A stretch of 64,000 bases of DNA from positions 1,216,001 through 1,280,000 of the forward strand of contig CAWCLO010000004.1 of assembly GCA_963796455.1 (NCBI GenBank), given 5' to 3'. The position numbers and the translations under genes were made by a program. Under the pieces are notes generated by a model. It had not been told where the DNA came from and made no database searches. It was given only the letters and a program-made list of their open reading frames with translations. Below, in pieces: positions 10,381 to 20,116 of this stretch (position 1 is its first letter; each line of letters starts with the position of its first letter). This DNA comes from Candidatus Sulfomarinibacteraceae bacterium. Its GTDB lineage: Bacteria > Acidobacteriota > Thermoanaerobaculia > Thermoanaerobaculales > Sulfomarinibacteraceae.

Positions 10381-11185
10381 GCCGATTCTCTCCGCCGACG
10401 CCCTCAGCCGATCCTACCGGCAGCGAAAGAACTCTGCGGGGATTTCGGATTCTCTCGACGCCGTGGTCGATGTCAGCTTCGAACTGACGGCCGGGGAGGC
10501 TCTCGGAATCGTCGGTCAATCGGGGTCTGGAAAATCAACTCTCGCCCGCCTGCTCCTGGCCCTCGAACGTCCGGATCGGGGACGGGTGGTTTTTGAAGGC
10601 CAGCCGATCAGCCAGTGGCCCGAATCAGAAATCCGCCCCTTGCGAAGGGGGTTCCAGGCGGTCTTCCAGGACCCGAGTTCCTCGCTCAATCCGACGCTGA
10701 AGGTCGGGAGCATCGTTGCCGAGGCCCTGGTCGCCCACGGCATTGGATCGGCAGCCGAACGCCGGGATATGGTCCACGACCTCGTACGCCAGGTCGGGCT
10801 CGACCCGGATTGCGTCCGACAATACCCCGGCGCCTTTTCTGGCGGAGAACGGCAACGAATCGCCATCGCCCGGGCGCTCGCAACCAAGCCCCGCCTTTTG
10901 ATCCTCGACGAACCCACATCGTCGCTCGACGCACCGATCCAGGCTCAGATCCTCGCACTGATTTCCCAGTTGCGTGATCGTCACAGGCTGAGCCTGATTC
11001 TCATATCCCACGATCTCGAGGTGGTCCGCGAAATCTGCGAAGGGGTCGCGGTCATGCATCACGGCCGATTTGTCGAACAGGGACCCTCGTCGCGAATTCT
11101 GAGTGATCCGTCGCACCCCTACACGATGCAGCTTTTGGCGGCCTCGCCCGGAAAGCCGGCCCCAGACACCACAAAAAGACCATAG
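10367..11185 (+). CDS. Oligopeptide/dipeptide ABC transporter ATP-binding protein (DppF/OppF-like)
   Basis: GQSGSGKST, FQDP, FSGGERQR, LDEPTSSLD, HPYT. Confidence 0.9.
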   Translation: MKKPEPILSADALSRSYRQRKNSAGISDSLDAVVDVSFELTAGEALGIVGQSGSGKSTLARLLLALERPDRGRVVFEGQPISQWPESEIRPLRRGFQAVFQDPSSSLNPTLKVGSIVAEALVAHGIGSAAERRDMVHDLVRQVGLDPDCVRQYPGAFSGGERQRIAIARALATKPRLLILDEPTSSLDAPIQAQILALISQLRDRHRLSLILISHDLEVVREICEGVAVMHHGRFVEQGPSSRILSDPSHPYTMQLLAASPGKPAPDTTKRP

Positions 11186-11225
11186 GAAGCCTGAAAAGGT
11201 CTCATCCTCCGCTATACTCGGGTGC

Positions 11226-11909
11226 GTGTTGCATCATCTCGCGGATTTCATCAACTGGCTCGAGCCCCACGCTCTTTTACTCGCCCTCGCGCTTCCACCG
11301 TTGATCCGCGTTGTCGGTCACTGGATCCCTGAGGAATTGTTCATGGTCGCAATCGGTGTGCTCGCGGCCCGCAGCGACTCCTCCGGTTCGGCGACGCTGA
11401 TCCTCGGCGCAGTGCTACTCAGCCATTTTTTCACCGATCAGATGGTCTACCTTGCGGGCCGGTGGATTCGTCCCCGCCTCGGACGCTTTCCAAACATCGA
11501 CAAACGACTGCAGCTTGTCACCAACCGCCTCCAGAGCTCTCCCTCTGCGATCATCGGATTGGTGCCGGCAAGAGTATTGCCTCTGGGCCGCGGCGCGTGG
11601 CTGGCGGCCTGCGGGGTTGTTCGCATCAAGTGGATCCGATTTGCAGCGGTTGATCTTGCGGCGCTGCTCGTTCACCTGTCGGTCTGGTCCGGCCTCGGCT
11701 GGTGGCTCGCTGGCGACCTCGGACGTCTGGCGGCATCGGTTGAAACCGGTAAGATCGCCGGCACGTGGTTGGCGGTCGCCCTCGTTTCGACCATTTGTGC
11801 CGTGTTCGTGTGGCGCTCACGAAATATCTGGCAACCGACCACGTTGAATGCGGTGCGGCGCGCCGGGCGCTCCCTCAGCGAGATCGGGCGAGGCCCGCGG
11901 CGTCCCTGA
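11226..11909 (+). CDS. DedA/VTT family membrane protein
   Basis: IPEE, DQMVYLAGR, ARVLPLGR pattern; hydrophobic helices; GTG start. Confidence 0.75.
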   Translation: MLHHLADFINWLEPHALLLALALPPLIRVVGHWIPEELFMVAIGVLAARSDSSGSATLILGAVLLSHFFTDQMVYLAGRWIRPRLGRFPNIDKRLQLVTNRLQSSPSAIIGLVPARVLPLGRGAWLAACGVVRIKWIRFAAVDLAALLVHLSVWSGLGWWLAGDLGRLAASVETGKIAGTWLAVALVSTICAVFVWRSRNIWQPTTLNAVRRAGRSLSEIGRGPRRP

Positions 11910-11936
11910 CACCCGACACGATAGAATGAGTAGGTC

Positions 11937-13412
11937 ATGCTCAACACGATCGAACAGATCCGCACAGCGCTGTCTTCCGCCTATCCAATCACCCTGCTGG
12001 TAAGTCCCGAGGAGGATCGCCAGGAGGCCCTCCTCAGGAGGTTTGGTGGTTCCGCAAAACCGCAAGAGCTACCGGTGATGGTGTGGAATTGTGTTGACGG
12101 CTTTATCGACCTTGAAGGAGAGGACCTCTCTGATCCGATGGATGCCCTGGCGTGGATCTCGGACTCCGGGCCCAGGGGCCTCTATCTGCTCAAGGATTTC
12201 GAAGGCATTCTCATGGAGGACCGGCTGCTGCGACGCCGCCTCCGCGACACCGCCATGAAGATTCGAAATACCGGTAAGTTTCTGTTCTTGTTGCAGCAGT
12301 CCATGGATCTTCCGGAGTCCCTCAAACCACTCACCTATATCGTGGTCTCCTTGTTCCCGGATGAGGGCGAGCTGAGGGCGCTGGTCATGGGGCTCTTTGA
12401 AGGCAGGCCGGCACAACCGGCCGATCTCGAACGGTTGATCGGATCCCTCAAGGGCATGTCGTTGACCGAATCCGAGCACCTGCTGCGGCGCTTGCTCGAT
12501 CGCCACGAGGGCATCGACGATGCTTTCTTCGTCGATGTCTTGAATGAAAAAGAGCAGATCACACGCAAAGAGGGAATCCTCGAGTTCGTGCCTCCCGACG
12601 AAAGCCTGAGCGGGCTTGGAGGTCTCGACCAACTCAAGGACTGGGTCGCTGAACGGAGTGATCTCTTCCTCCCCGAGGCCCGAAAAGAAGGGATCCCGAG
12701 ACCACGGGGCGTGCTGTTGATGGGGATTTCCGGCTGTGGCAAGAGCCTCGCCGTCAAAGTCATCGGTCGCGACTGGAAACTGCCGCTCTTCCGGCTCGAC
12801 ATGAACCTGGTGTTTGCCGGGGTCCAGGGATCCGCTGAGTGGATCTTTCATCGAGCCCTCGAGGCGGTCGAATCGGTCGCACCGGCCGTGTTGTGGATCG
12901 ATGAGATCGAAATGGGCATCGCCGGATATCACGAGGGTGATACCGGCTCCAACACCCGTATTTTTTCGACTTTTTTGACCTGGATGCAGGAACATCGTTC
13001 CGATGTCTTTGTGGCCGCCACCGCCAACCGAATCAACCTTCTCCCCGCCGAGATCCTCCGCAAGGGTCGTTTCGACCAGGTATTTTTTGTCGACCTCCCG
13101 AACGACGAGGAACGCAAGGAGATTCTCTCGATCCACCTTGATCGCAACGGAATCGATCCTTCATCATTCGATCTCATTCTTCTCGCCTCGGCCACCCGCA
13201 CATGGAACGGCGCCGAGATCGAACAAGCCGTGAAATCAGCCCGCATAACCGGTCACGCCCGTGGTGAAGAAATCAGCCAGAACGATCTCCTGCTCTCCTT
13301 CAGCAAGATCATTCCTCTGTCTCGGACCATGGACGAACAGCTCAAGGCAATCCGATCCTGGGCCCGCACCCGTGCTCTTCCCGCGACAAGAGAAATCAAA
13401 CCGGAACTGTGA
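11937..13412 (+). CDS. AAA+ ATPase (Ycf46-like)
   Basis: GISGCGKS, LWIDEIE, ATAN, LRKGRFD; N-terminal YLLKDF region typical of the Ycf46 group. Confidence 0.85.
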   Translation: MLNTIEQIRTALSSAYPITLLVSPEEDRQEALLRRFGGSAKPQELPVMVWNCVDGFIDLEGEDLSDPMDALAWISDSGPRGLYLLKDFEGILMEDRLLRRRLRDTAMKIRNTGKFLFLLQQSMDLPESLKPLTYIVVSLFPDEGELRALVMGLFEGRPAQPADLERLIGSLKGMSLTESEHLLRRLLDRHEGIDDAFFVDVLNEKEQITRKEGILEFVPPDESLSGLGGLDQLKDWVAERSDLFLPEARKEGIPRPRGVLLMGISGCGKSLAVKVIGRDWKLPLFRLDMNLVFAGVQGSAEWIFHRALEAVESVAPAVLWIDEIEMGIAGYHEGDTGSNTRIFSTFLTWMQEHRSDVFVAATANRINLLPAEILRKGRFDQVFFVDLPNDEERKEILSIHLDRNGIDPSSFDLILLASATRTWNGAEIEQAVKSARITGHARGEEISQNDLLLSFSKIIPLSRTMDEQLKAIRSWARTRALPATREIKPEL

Positions 13413-14341
13413 GCACACCGAAAGCTCAGACAATGCAGCCAAAGACACGTCTCGTGGTCGATTCAACCCACGACGGCCAGCGTCTGGATATCTATCTCGC
13501 TGATGCCACCGCTCTCAGTCGACGGGCGGCGCGACGGCTGATCACCGACGGCGGCATCGAACGAAACGGTCAGACCCTCAGGGTCCAGTCCCGAATTCTC
13601 GGTGCAGGCGATGTCATCGACGTCCTTCTCGAAGCGGATGAGCTCAGCGTCCCAGCGGTGCCAGAACTGCCGAAAATCGACATCCTGTTTCGCGACGCTT
13701 CACTGTTGATAGCCAACAAACCGGCCGGGCTGCTTTCTCAACCCTCCGAGAATTCGGGAGGCGCTGAACTGGCGTTCGATCACATCGTGTTGACGACCCA
13801 GGCGCTCGAGGACGGGCATCGTCCCTTTCTCAGGATGGTTCACCGTCTCGATCGGATGACCAGTGGGGCGGTGCTCTTTGCCCGCCACCCCGACGCGTTG
13901 CCACCGCTCACCCGTGCCTGGTCGGAGGGCGCCGTCGATCGCTCCTACCTCGCGATTGTTGAAGGTTCACCGGATTTCGAAGAGATCGTCGTGGATCGAA
14001 ATATCGCGCGGGACCGAACGCACCGCTGGCGATTCATGTGTGACCCGGACGGCAAAACCGCGCAAACCCGGGTATCGGTCGTGCAACGGTTGGATTCCAA
14101 TCTGGCGGTGGTCCGCTGCGGACTGATGACCGGCAGGACCCACCAGGTTCGCGTTCACCTCGCCGCCACCGGATTCCCGGTTCTCGGTGATCGCCTCTAC
14201 GGTTCCCACCGCGCTGGCGAAGCACCGCGGCCGCTTCTCCATGCCGCGTCGATCTCTCTCCCCCACCCTGCCACCGGCGAGCGGATTCATGTCGTGTGTC
14301 CGATTCCTGATGACATGGCGAAGTTTGGCATCGAAAGCTGA
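13409..14341 (+). CDS. RluA-family pseudouridine synthase with S4 domain (RluD-like)
   Basis: RLD S4 start, NKPAG, HRLDRMTSG, TGRTHQVRVH, GDRLYG. Confidence 0.92.
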   Translation: MSTPKAQTMQPKTRLVVDSTHDGQRLDIYLADATALSRRAARRLITDGGIERNGQTLRVQSRILGAGDVIDVLLEADELSVPAVPELPKIDILFRDASLLIANKPAGLLSQPSENSGGAELAFDHIVLTTQALEDGHRPFLRMVHRLDRMTSGAVLFARHPDALPPLTRAWSEGAVDRSYLAIVEGSPDFEEIVVDRNIARDRTHRWRFMCDPDGKTAQTRVSVVQRLDSNLAVVRCGLMTGRTHQVRVHLAATGFPVLGDRLYGSHRAGEAPRPLLHAASISLPHPATGERIHVVCPIPDDMAKFGIES

Positions 14342-14978
14342 GGCAGAGGGAAGCAAGGCAGAGGGGGACGGGGGCAGAGGAGCAGAGGACCGCTCGCCAG
14401 CCTCGTTGTCGCTATCGCTATCGCTATCGCTATCGAACGGCTGCGGTGGGTGCCGGTTCCGAAGGGGAGAAAAGGTGGAAGGGAGAACCGCACCCCACAG
14501 CGCGGAGGAGCAGAGGGGCAGAGGGGAAACCACCCGGTACTGGTCTGTCCTGCATGCGAATGCCGCCTCCCGATGTCATCCTGAGCGGAGCCCTCCGGGG
14601 GCGTAGTCGAAGGATCTATGAGATGGACCTCAATGTCCTCAAGCCGCAGATCCTTCGACTTCGCGCCAAAGGCGCTTCGCTCAGGATGACATCTTGATAG
14701 CTAGCGGCCAGCTCGATAATCCGTGCGGCGTCGACCTCCCTCTCCGATCCCGATCACGAAAGGGCGCAAGGGTGCAAGGGTGAACCGCACCCCACAGCGC
14801 GGAGGAGGAGCAGAGTGGCAGAGGGGCAGAGGGGAAACCACCCGGCACTGATCTGTCCTGCATGCGAATGCCGCCTCCCGATGTCATCCTGAGCGGAGCC
14901 CCCCGGGGGCGTAGTCGAAGGATCTATGAGAACAACTACCCAGCAAATTCAAAATCCGAAATCCGAAATCCGAAATTT
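14342..14978. repeat. Composite intergenic repeat: GCAGAGG(A/G) octamers, (TCGCTA)n, REP-like palindrome 14572-14693, ~140-bp direct duplication, (AAATCCG)n
   Basis: GATGTCATCCTGAGCG...CGCTCAGGATGACATC terminal IR with inner AGTCGAAGGATCT/AGATCCTTCGACT; ~14485-14622 repeated at ~14782-14930. Confidence 0.9.
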
Positions 14979-15017
14979 CTCCACGGTTTGAGCGCGGATC
15001 CGTACTACAATGCAGCT

Positions 15018-15545
15018 GTGACCTGGGGGTTTGCATATTTGCTCATCTTTCTCGGCGGGTTCACTCTCTCGCTGGTGAGCGGATTCGCGCGAAGATTACT
15101 GCATCCCACCGAACTCTGCGACAACGTCGTGGTCCCCTCTCACGAACACCTCCACGGCCAACGCTCTCCTGCCGCCGATCTCCTGGCATCCTTTCTGACC
15201 GTCTTTGGTCTGACCTGCCTGGTGGTACATGGGCTCACCTCGCTCAAACCCTCTCCGATCATCGCGATCGGCGGCGTCACGGGAATCTTCGGCATTTTTT
15301 TCCTCAGGTCCTGGTTGTGCCGGGTCTGTGACCCGAGCGAACAGCTCGGCAGCGACCTCAAAAAGGTGAAGGTGATTCGCGAAATCCCCTCCGGGGGTTA
15401 TGGACAGATCGAAGTCAACGTCAACGGCGCACAGCTCAAACTGGCGGCGCGCGCCGAACAGACCAAACCGATCCCGGTCGGTGCAGTCGTCGAGATCCTG
15501 GATCGAACCGAATCAGTCGTCATCGTGCAGCAGAAGAACTCGTGA
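15018..15545 (+). CDS. NfeD-like membrane protein (C-terminal OB fold)
   Basis: Three hydrophobic segments then IPSGGYGQIEV...AARAE..PIPVGAVVEI; the longer ORF N-terminus is repeat-derived. Confidence 0.7.
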   Translation: MTWGFAYLLIFLGGFTLSLVSGFARRLLHPTELCDNVVVPSHEHLHGQRSPAADLLASFLTVFGLTCLVVHGLTSLKPSPIIAIGGVTGIFGIFFLRSWLCRVCDPSEQLGSDLKKVKVIREIPSGGYGQIEVNVNGAQLKLAARAEQTKPIPVGAVVEILDRTESVVIVQQKNS

Positions 15546-16123
15546 AACTGATCCTCGCCAGTTCGTCCCCGAGACGGCGCCAACTCCTCGATCTCCTCGG
15601 TCTGCCCTTCGAGGTGGATCCGTCGACCGTCGACGAGATCGCGATGGACAACGAGCCACCGCCCGCCTTCGCGCTTCGAGCGGCGCGGGACAAAGCTCTC
15701 GATGTCGCCGCACGACATCCGGGGCGTCCGGTGCTCGGCGCCGACACGGTGGTGGAGATTGACGGAAAGATTCTCGGCAAACCCAGTGACGCCAAGCATG
15801 CCGGCGAAATGCTGCGCCTGCTTTCAGCGCGAGAACATCAGGTCCACACCGCTGTCGCGTTTGTCCTCGATGGCAAGTGCGTCGATCTGATCGATACGGC
15901 CGTGGTGGAGTTTGTCGCCCTCGACGACGAGATGATCCGTTGGTACGTCGCGACCGGGGAGCCCCTCGACAAGGCGGGCGCCTACGCGATTCAGGGCCTC
16001 GCCGGAGCGATGGTGGTCCGGGTCGATGGTTCGCCCCACACCGTTGTCGGGCTCCCGCTCCACCGGCTCCCCAGGCTCTTCGCAGCCCAAGGCGTTGATT
16101 TTTGGGCAATGCTGACCAGCTAG
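15542..16123 (+). CDS. maf: Maf-family nucleoside triphosphate pyrophosphatase
   Basis: ILASSSPRR, GADTVV, GKP, DKAGAYAIQG. Confidence 0.93.
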   Translation: MKLILASSSPRRRQLLDLLGLPFEVDPSTVDEIAMDNEPPPAFALRAARDKALDVAARHPGRPVLGADTVVEIDGKILGKPSDAKHAGEMLRLLSAREHQVHTAVAFVLDGKCVDLIDTAVVEFVALDDEMIRWYVATGEPLDKAGAYAIQGLAGAMVVRVDGSPHTVVGLPLHRLPRLFAAQGVDFWAMLTS

Positions 16124-16157
16124 AAGCCAAGGATCGCTCTCGTCCAGGAAAGCGTCG

Positions 16158-16470
16158 GTGAACAGTTGACAGCGACAGTTCACAGTGACAGTTGACAGCG
16201 ACAGTTGACAGCGGTCAGCGGTCAGCGGTCAGCGACGGAGAGCAGCGGCAGCGATCAGGAGTTCAGGCGACGAAGTGGCCATCTCCGGGTCGTTCAACAG
16301 AAGGAACAGCCGCTGTGGTGTCGGCGTCTCGCCTGCCCACCGTGCGGCCGAGACGGCCGCACCACCAAGGCCGGATCCCCGAAGAAATGAGTGCTGTTCA
16401 CTGTCCCGGCCGCTGATCGCTGACGCTGATGACTGAACACTGCCGCTGGCGACTGTTCGCTGCCGCTGCC
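16158..16470. repeat. Inverted tandem-repeat arms (GACAGTT/CAGCGGT ... CGCTGA/CACTG) enclosing a REP-like doublet at 16315-16365
   Basis: Repeats read directly; GTGGTG...GTGCGGCCGAGACGGCCGCACCAC; lies between convergent genes. Confidence 0.75.
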
Positions 16471-16477
16471 GCCCGAT

Positions 16478-16768
16478 TCATTCACTCCTGATCGGCTCTC
16501 CGAGTTCCGCGAACGAGAATCGGCTGAAGATGTGGTGGCCGTTGAAGTCGAGCACTCGCATGTCTTCGGAGTGTTCGAGATCGGCTGCAATGACTTCGTA
16601 AGGTACGCCGTAAATCGCTCGCACGCGCTCCATCGGAACTTCGTATGCAATGAACTTGCTGATGCCCTTTTGCCCGAGTTTTTTGACCAACCTGGCGTCG
16701 GTCAATTGGGGATAGGTGGTCAGCACGAGAATAGGACCGGTGCCGGAAAACACGATATACGCGCGCAT
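16478..16768 (-). CDS. Small hypothetical cytosolic protein, paralog 1
   Basis: GGAGG SD; 50/96 ungapped identities (hand count) to the adjacent ORF. Confidence 0.85.
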   Translation of the reverse strand: MRAYIVFSGTGPILVLTTYPQLTDARLVKKLGQKGISKFIAYEVPMERVRAIYGVPYEVIAADLEHSEDMRVLDFNGHHIFSRFSFAELGEPIRSE

Positions 16769-16831
16769 GCCTCAACCTCCCGCCACCGTCAAGACCACCG
16801 TCTCGCGTCGAAGCATCGAGTCGACACGCCG

Positions 16832-17125
16832 TCAGTGCTCGATATGAACCTCTTGCCCGAGATCGCTCATCGACAGGCAATCAAAAATATGAGGCCCGTC
16901 GAAATCGAGAACCCGCATGTTGGCTTCCTGTTCCAGATCGGCGGCGATCACCTCGAAGGGGATCCCATAAAACTCGTGGACCCGGTCCACCGGAACCTCG
17001 TAGGCAATGAACTTTTCGATGCCCCGGTGACGCAAGCTCTCGAGGAGCGTCGCATCGGTGACGCTCGAATGGGAAGAAAGAAGGAGTAGCGGACCGTTTT
17101 CCGTCAACACCAGATAGGATCTCAT
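16832..17125 (-). CDS. Small hypothetical cytosolic protein, paralog 2
   Basis: GGAGG SD; shares KFIAYEVP, EVIAADLE, MRVLDF with paralog 1. Confidence 0.85.
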   Translation of the reverse strand: MRSYLVLTENGPLLLLSSHSSVTDATLLESLRHRGIEKFIAYEVPVDRVHEFYGIPFEVIAADLEQEANMRVLDFDGPHIFDCLSMSDLGQEVHIEH

Positions 17126-17285
17126 CTCGCCTCCCCTCCATTTGAAATCACGGATGGCTTTTTACCAATGTGGGTCCTCGACCATCCGATCGTCAAGGGA
17201 CGCTGCGACATCTCGATTGAGGATGGGGGGTGTTGTTGAAATCTCCGTGAAGCGTTCGGACTTGACCGGAAACCGGCCGACTCCG

Positions 17286-19052
17286 TCAGTTGGTGAAGGC
17301 CGACGCCATGCCCTGGACCACCGCTCGTGCAAAACTCTCACGCCATTCAGCCCGAGCCATGAGTGCCCGGTCCTCGTCGTTGGCGATATTGCAGGCCTCG
17401 ACGAGCACCGCATTCTGTGCTGCCGTGAAACGCAAAACGGCAGGGACCCAGGAGCTGCGGCCACGACGAATCCGGTCGCGGACAGGCTCATAGGGGTGGA
17501 CTCTGATGTCGTTCTTTTTGAGGCTGGAGAGGATATTACCGGCCAGGTGTCGGGATGACGCTTCCACCTTCGCCTTGAACTCGGGCCCGAGACGAATCGT
17601 CGGGTGGTTTCGATACTCAGCGAATTTCTGAATGTCTTTTCGTTTCACCGTAAAGGGATCATCAGGTCTCAGGTAACGGGACGGGACATAGATCATCGCC
17701 CCCCGAACACTCGGGTGCAATGAATCCATGTGCACCGACAAAAAGACGGTCTTCGACCGTGGGAAGCCCGCGCCGAGACGGTTGAGAATGATGTCGTTGG
17801 TGAGGTACCAACGGAGGTGAACCCCGAGGTTCGTGTCGGTGATCTGATACGGGGGTCGAGTCAGGACGACGGCCTCGCGGGTCTGCGGCAGGCGATCCTT
17901 AGGCGGCGGGCGAAAACCCAGTTTCGGATGTTCGACGGTGGTCCAGACGGTTGCTCGGGTGTGGCGCTCGAGATTCGCCTTGATCCGGCACATGATGTCG
18001 TAGGCATAGGTTGCCTCCCACATCCCGGCGGCGACCGCGCCACTGTCACGCCCTCCATGCCCGGCATCGAGAATGACCTGGACCCCGGCGAGGTTTGCAG
18101 CGTCGATCACCTCGAGGAATCGACCGAGTTCCCGCTGCTCCGCGACCCAGGCCAATCGCTCCGGATTGTCCGGCGGCAGGAATCCTGGCAACAAAAGGTC
18201 GAGGGGGATCTTGACCGGGAATCCGATCGGGATCTCGGTCACATCTTCGATCTCGGACCTCTGCGCGATCACCATGGCGGTCTCGTTCACCTGTTTGGCC
18301 AGGAGTTGGCCGGTAAAGCGCACCACCACCGATGAATACAGCGCCTCACCCGCCTGCAGGCGATAGACGGCGTATTCTCCCAGGCTGTCGCGACCATAAT
18401 CCAGTTCTGCCGGGGCTGAGGACAAAACAGGAGGAGTCGGGCGAAGGGCAACCCGGGGCGCCGGAGAGGGTGTTGGTGTGGCAATCGGTGGTATGGCCTT
18501 GAAGTACGCTAAGAGAACCGATTCGGGGACGAGCAAGGTTCGTCCTCGTTTGGGCCCGGACTGCGCAAACCCCGGGTTGGCCCGCTGCAGCGCCGGCGCG
18601 TGATCCGAAGATCCCGTAAAAAGTTCGGCCAACCACTCCCAGCTCTCCTCGGTGCCGCGAAACGGGTCCATCACCCAATGCTGCCAACCCCCGACAACCC
18701 GCGCATCGGCTGGGAAAACCCGCCGCACCGCCTCCACCCTGAGGTCGTCATACATCACTTCGAGTGGAACCCTCACAGCTCGCCCTTGCATCGGGGACCG
18801 CGACCCGGAATTGGCGGCCTGGAGGGCCTTGGCTCCAGACGCAGAACCGGTAAAACGACGCGCAAGTGCGATCCAGCCATCACCCCGGAGCGGGTAGACC
18901 AGGAGCCAGGGATGTTGCCCACGGACCCATCGAATCGTTCCGTGAGGCGGAAAATCAAAATCCACACGCTGCGGCCCCTGCTCCTGGGATTTTGCTCCTC
19001 CGGGAAGCAATACCAGTAACAGCACCGCCAGCAAAAGGGCACAACGCCGCAC
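17286..19052 (-). CDS. N-acetylmuramoyl-L-alanine amidase (Amidase_3) with long N-terminal, possibly LysM-like, region
   Basis: ILDAGHGGRDSGA, WE, FLSVH, VLVEA zinc-amidase motifs; signal peptide after GTG 19052 (start uncertain). Confidence 0.85.
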   Translation of the reverse strand: MRRCALLLAVLLLVLLPGGAKSQEQGPQRVDFDFPPHGTIRWVRGQHPWLLVYPLRGDGWIALARRFTGSASGAKALQAANSGSRSPMQGRAVRVPLEVMYDDLRVEAVRRVFPADARVVGGWQHWVMDPFRGTEESWEWLAELFTGSSDHAPALQRANPGFAQSGPKRGRTLLVPESVLLAYFKAIPPIATPTPSPAPRVALRPTPPVLSSAPAELDYGRDSLGEYAVYRLQAGEALYSSVVVRFTGQLLAKQVNETAMVIAQRSEIEDVTEIPIGFPVKIPLDLLLPGFLPPDNPERLAWVAEQRELGRFLEVIDAANLAGVQVILDAGHGGRDSGAVAAGMWEATYAYDIMCRIKANLERHTRATVWTTVEHPKLGFRPPPKDRLPQTREAVVLTRPPYQITDTNLGVHLRWYLTNDIILNRLGAGFPRSKTVFLSVHMDSLHPSVRGAMIYVPSRYLRPDDPFTVKRKDIQKFAEYRNHPTIRLGPEFKAKVEASSRHLAGNILSSLKKNDIRVHPYEPVRDRIRRGRSSWVPAVLRFTAAQNAVLVEACNIANDEDRALMARAEWRESFARAVVQGMASAFTN

Positions 19053-19231
19053 CGGAAAACCGCCGTTACTTTCCCCGACCGTCGCGGTGCCGCTGTGAGG
19101 CGAAATCATCCGCGCCGCATCCGGCGCACCGTCGTGGTCTCTGCCTTCCGCATCAAGGGCGAACAGCACCCTCCACATCGACAATCTCTGGGCACCCCTT
19201 ATACTCAGCCGAGGCGCTATGAGGTGGTTTG

Positions 19232-20059
19232 ATGGTAACACGCCGACCCGAGTCCGAATCTGAAGTCGAGTCGGAGAGAACCGACTTCGGTGACGTGACG
19301 GAAAGCGACTCTGTTTCGCAAGAACAGCTGCGCGCGCTTCGGGCCGAATTGAAAGAAACCGGTGGTCGAATCCTCTCCTCTTCGGCCCATGGGATCCGCA
19401 ATCACCTCACCATCATTCAGAGTTATCTCGAGATCATTCATTCCGACCTCACTACCGGTCTGAGCGACGAACAGCTGCAATTCCTCGGTATCGCTCATGA
19501 CCACGTCCTGCACCTCAGATCCTTGATCGACGATCTGGTGCTGATCGGCGCCATCGAGACTGGAATTGCCGATCTCAGACCGACCACCTTTGATATCGGG
19601 AGAATCGCGACCAGGATCTGCGCCGAAGGCCACGATCAGGCACAGAGACAAAATGTCACGCTGAGGTGCGAGGTCGAAAATGATGTTGCCGCGTGTGACG
19701 TCGATGTCGACAGCTTTCACGATCTCACCCGGCGGCTGGTCGACAATTCACTGAAATTTACGCCCAGGGGAGGCGCCGTGGTGATCAGGGTGTTCTCGGA
19801 ACCACCCTGGACCACCATGTCGATCAGCGACACGGGTGCAGGCATTCCCGCGGAGAGCCTGGACGAGGTTTTCGAGCTCTTCTCCCAATTTCACCGAGTG
19901 CCGGGTGAACCCAAGGAAAGCCACGGCCTCGGTCTTCCGATCGTGCGCCGATTGGTCGAGGCCAGTGGCGGAGAAATCGCCGTTGACAGCACGGTCGGCG
20001 GAGGCACCGTGGTCACCGTCAGAATCCCTTCCACCGGTCAGCCAAACAGCTCGGATTGA
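19232..20059 (+). CDS. Cytoplasmic histidine kinase without obvious sensor domain
   Basis: AHGIRNHL H-box, NSLKFT N-box, DTGAGI, GLGL. Confidence 0.85.
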   Translation: MVTRRPESESEVESERTDFGDVTESDSVSQEQLRALRAELKETGGRILSSSAHGIRNHLTIIQSYLEIIHSDLTTGLSDEQLQFLGIAHDHVLHLRSLIDDLVLIGAIETGIADLRPTTFDIGRIATRICAEGHDQAQRQNVTLRCEVENDVAACDVDVDSFHDLTRRLVDNSLKFTPRGGAVVIRVFSEPPWTTMSISDTGAGIPAESLDEVFELFSQFHRVPGEPKESHGLGLPIVRRLVEASGGEIAVDSTVGGGTVVTVRIPSTGQPNSSD

Positions 20060-20116
20060 CCAAGATTGGACTCCGGGCTTGATTCCTGGCTCGGAATGGT
20101 GTTTGATCGAAGGCCT

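Noticed and set aside
9382..11185. Peptide ABC ATPases without permeases as a novel system
   Set aside because: Split dpp/opp loci are common; the partners are probably elsewhere.
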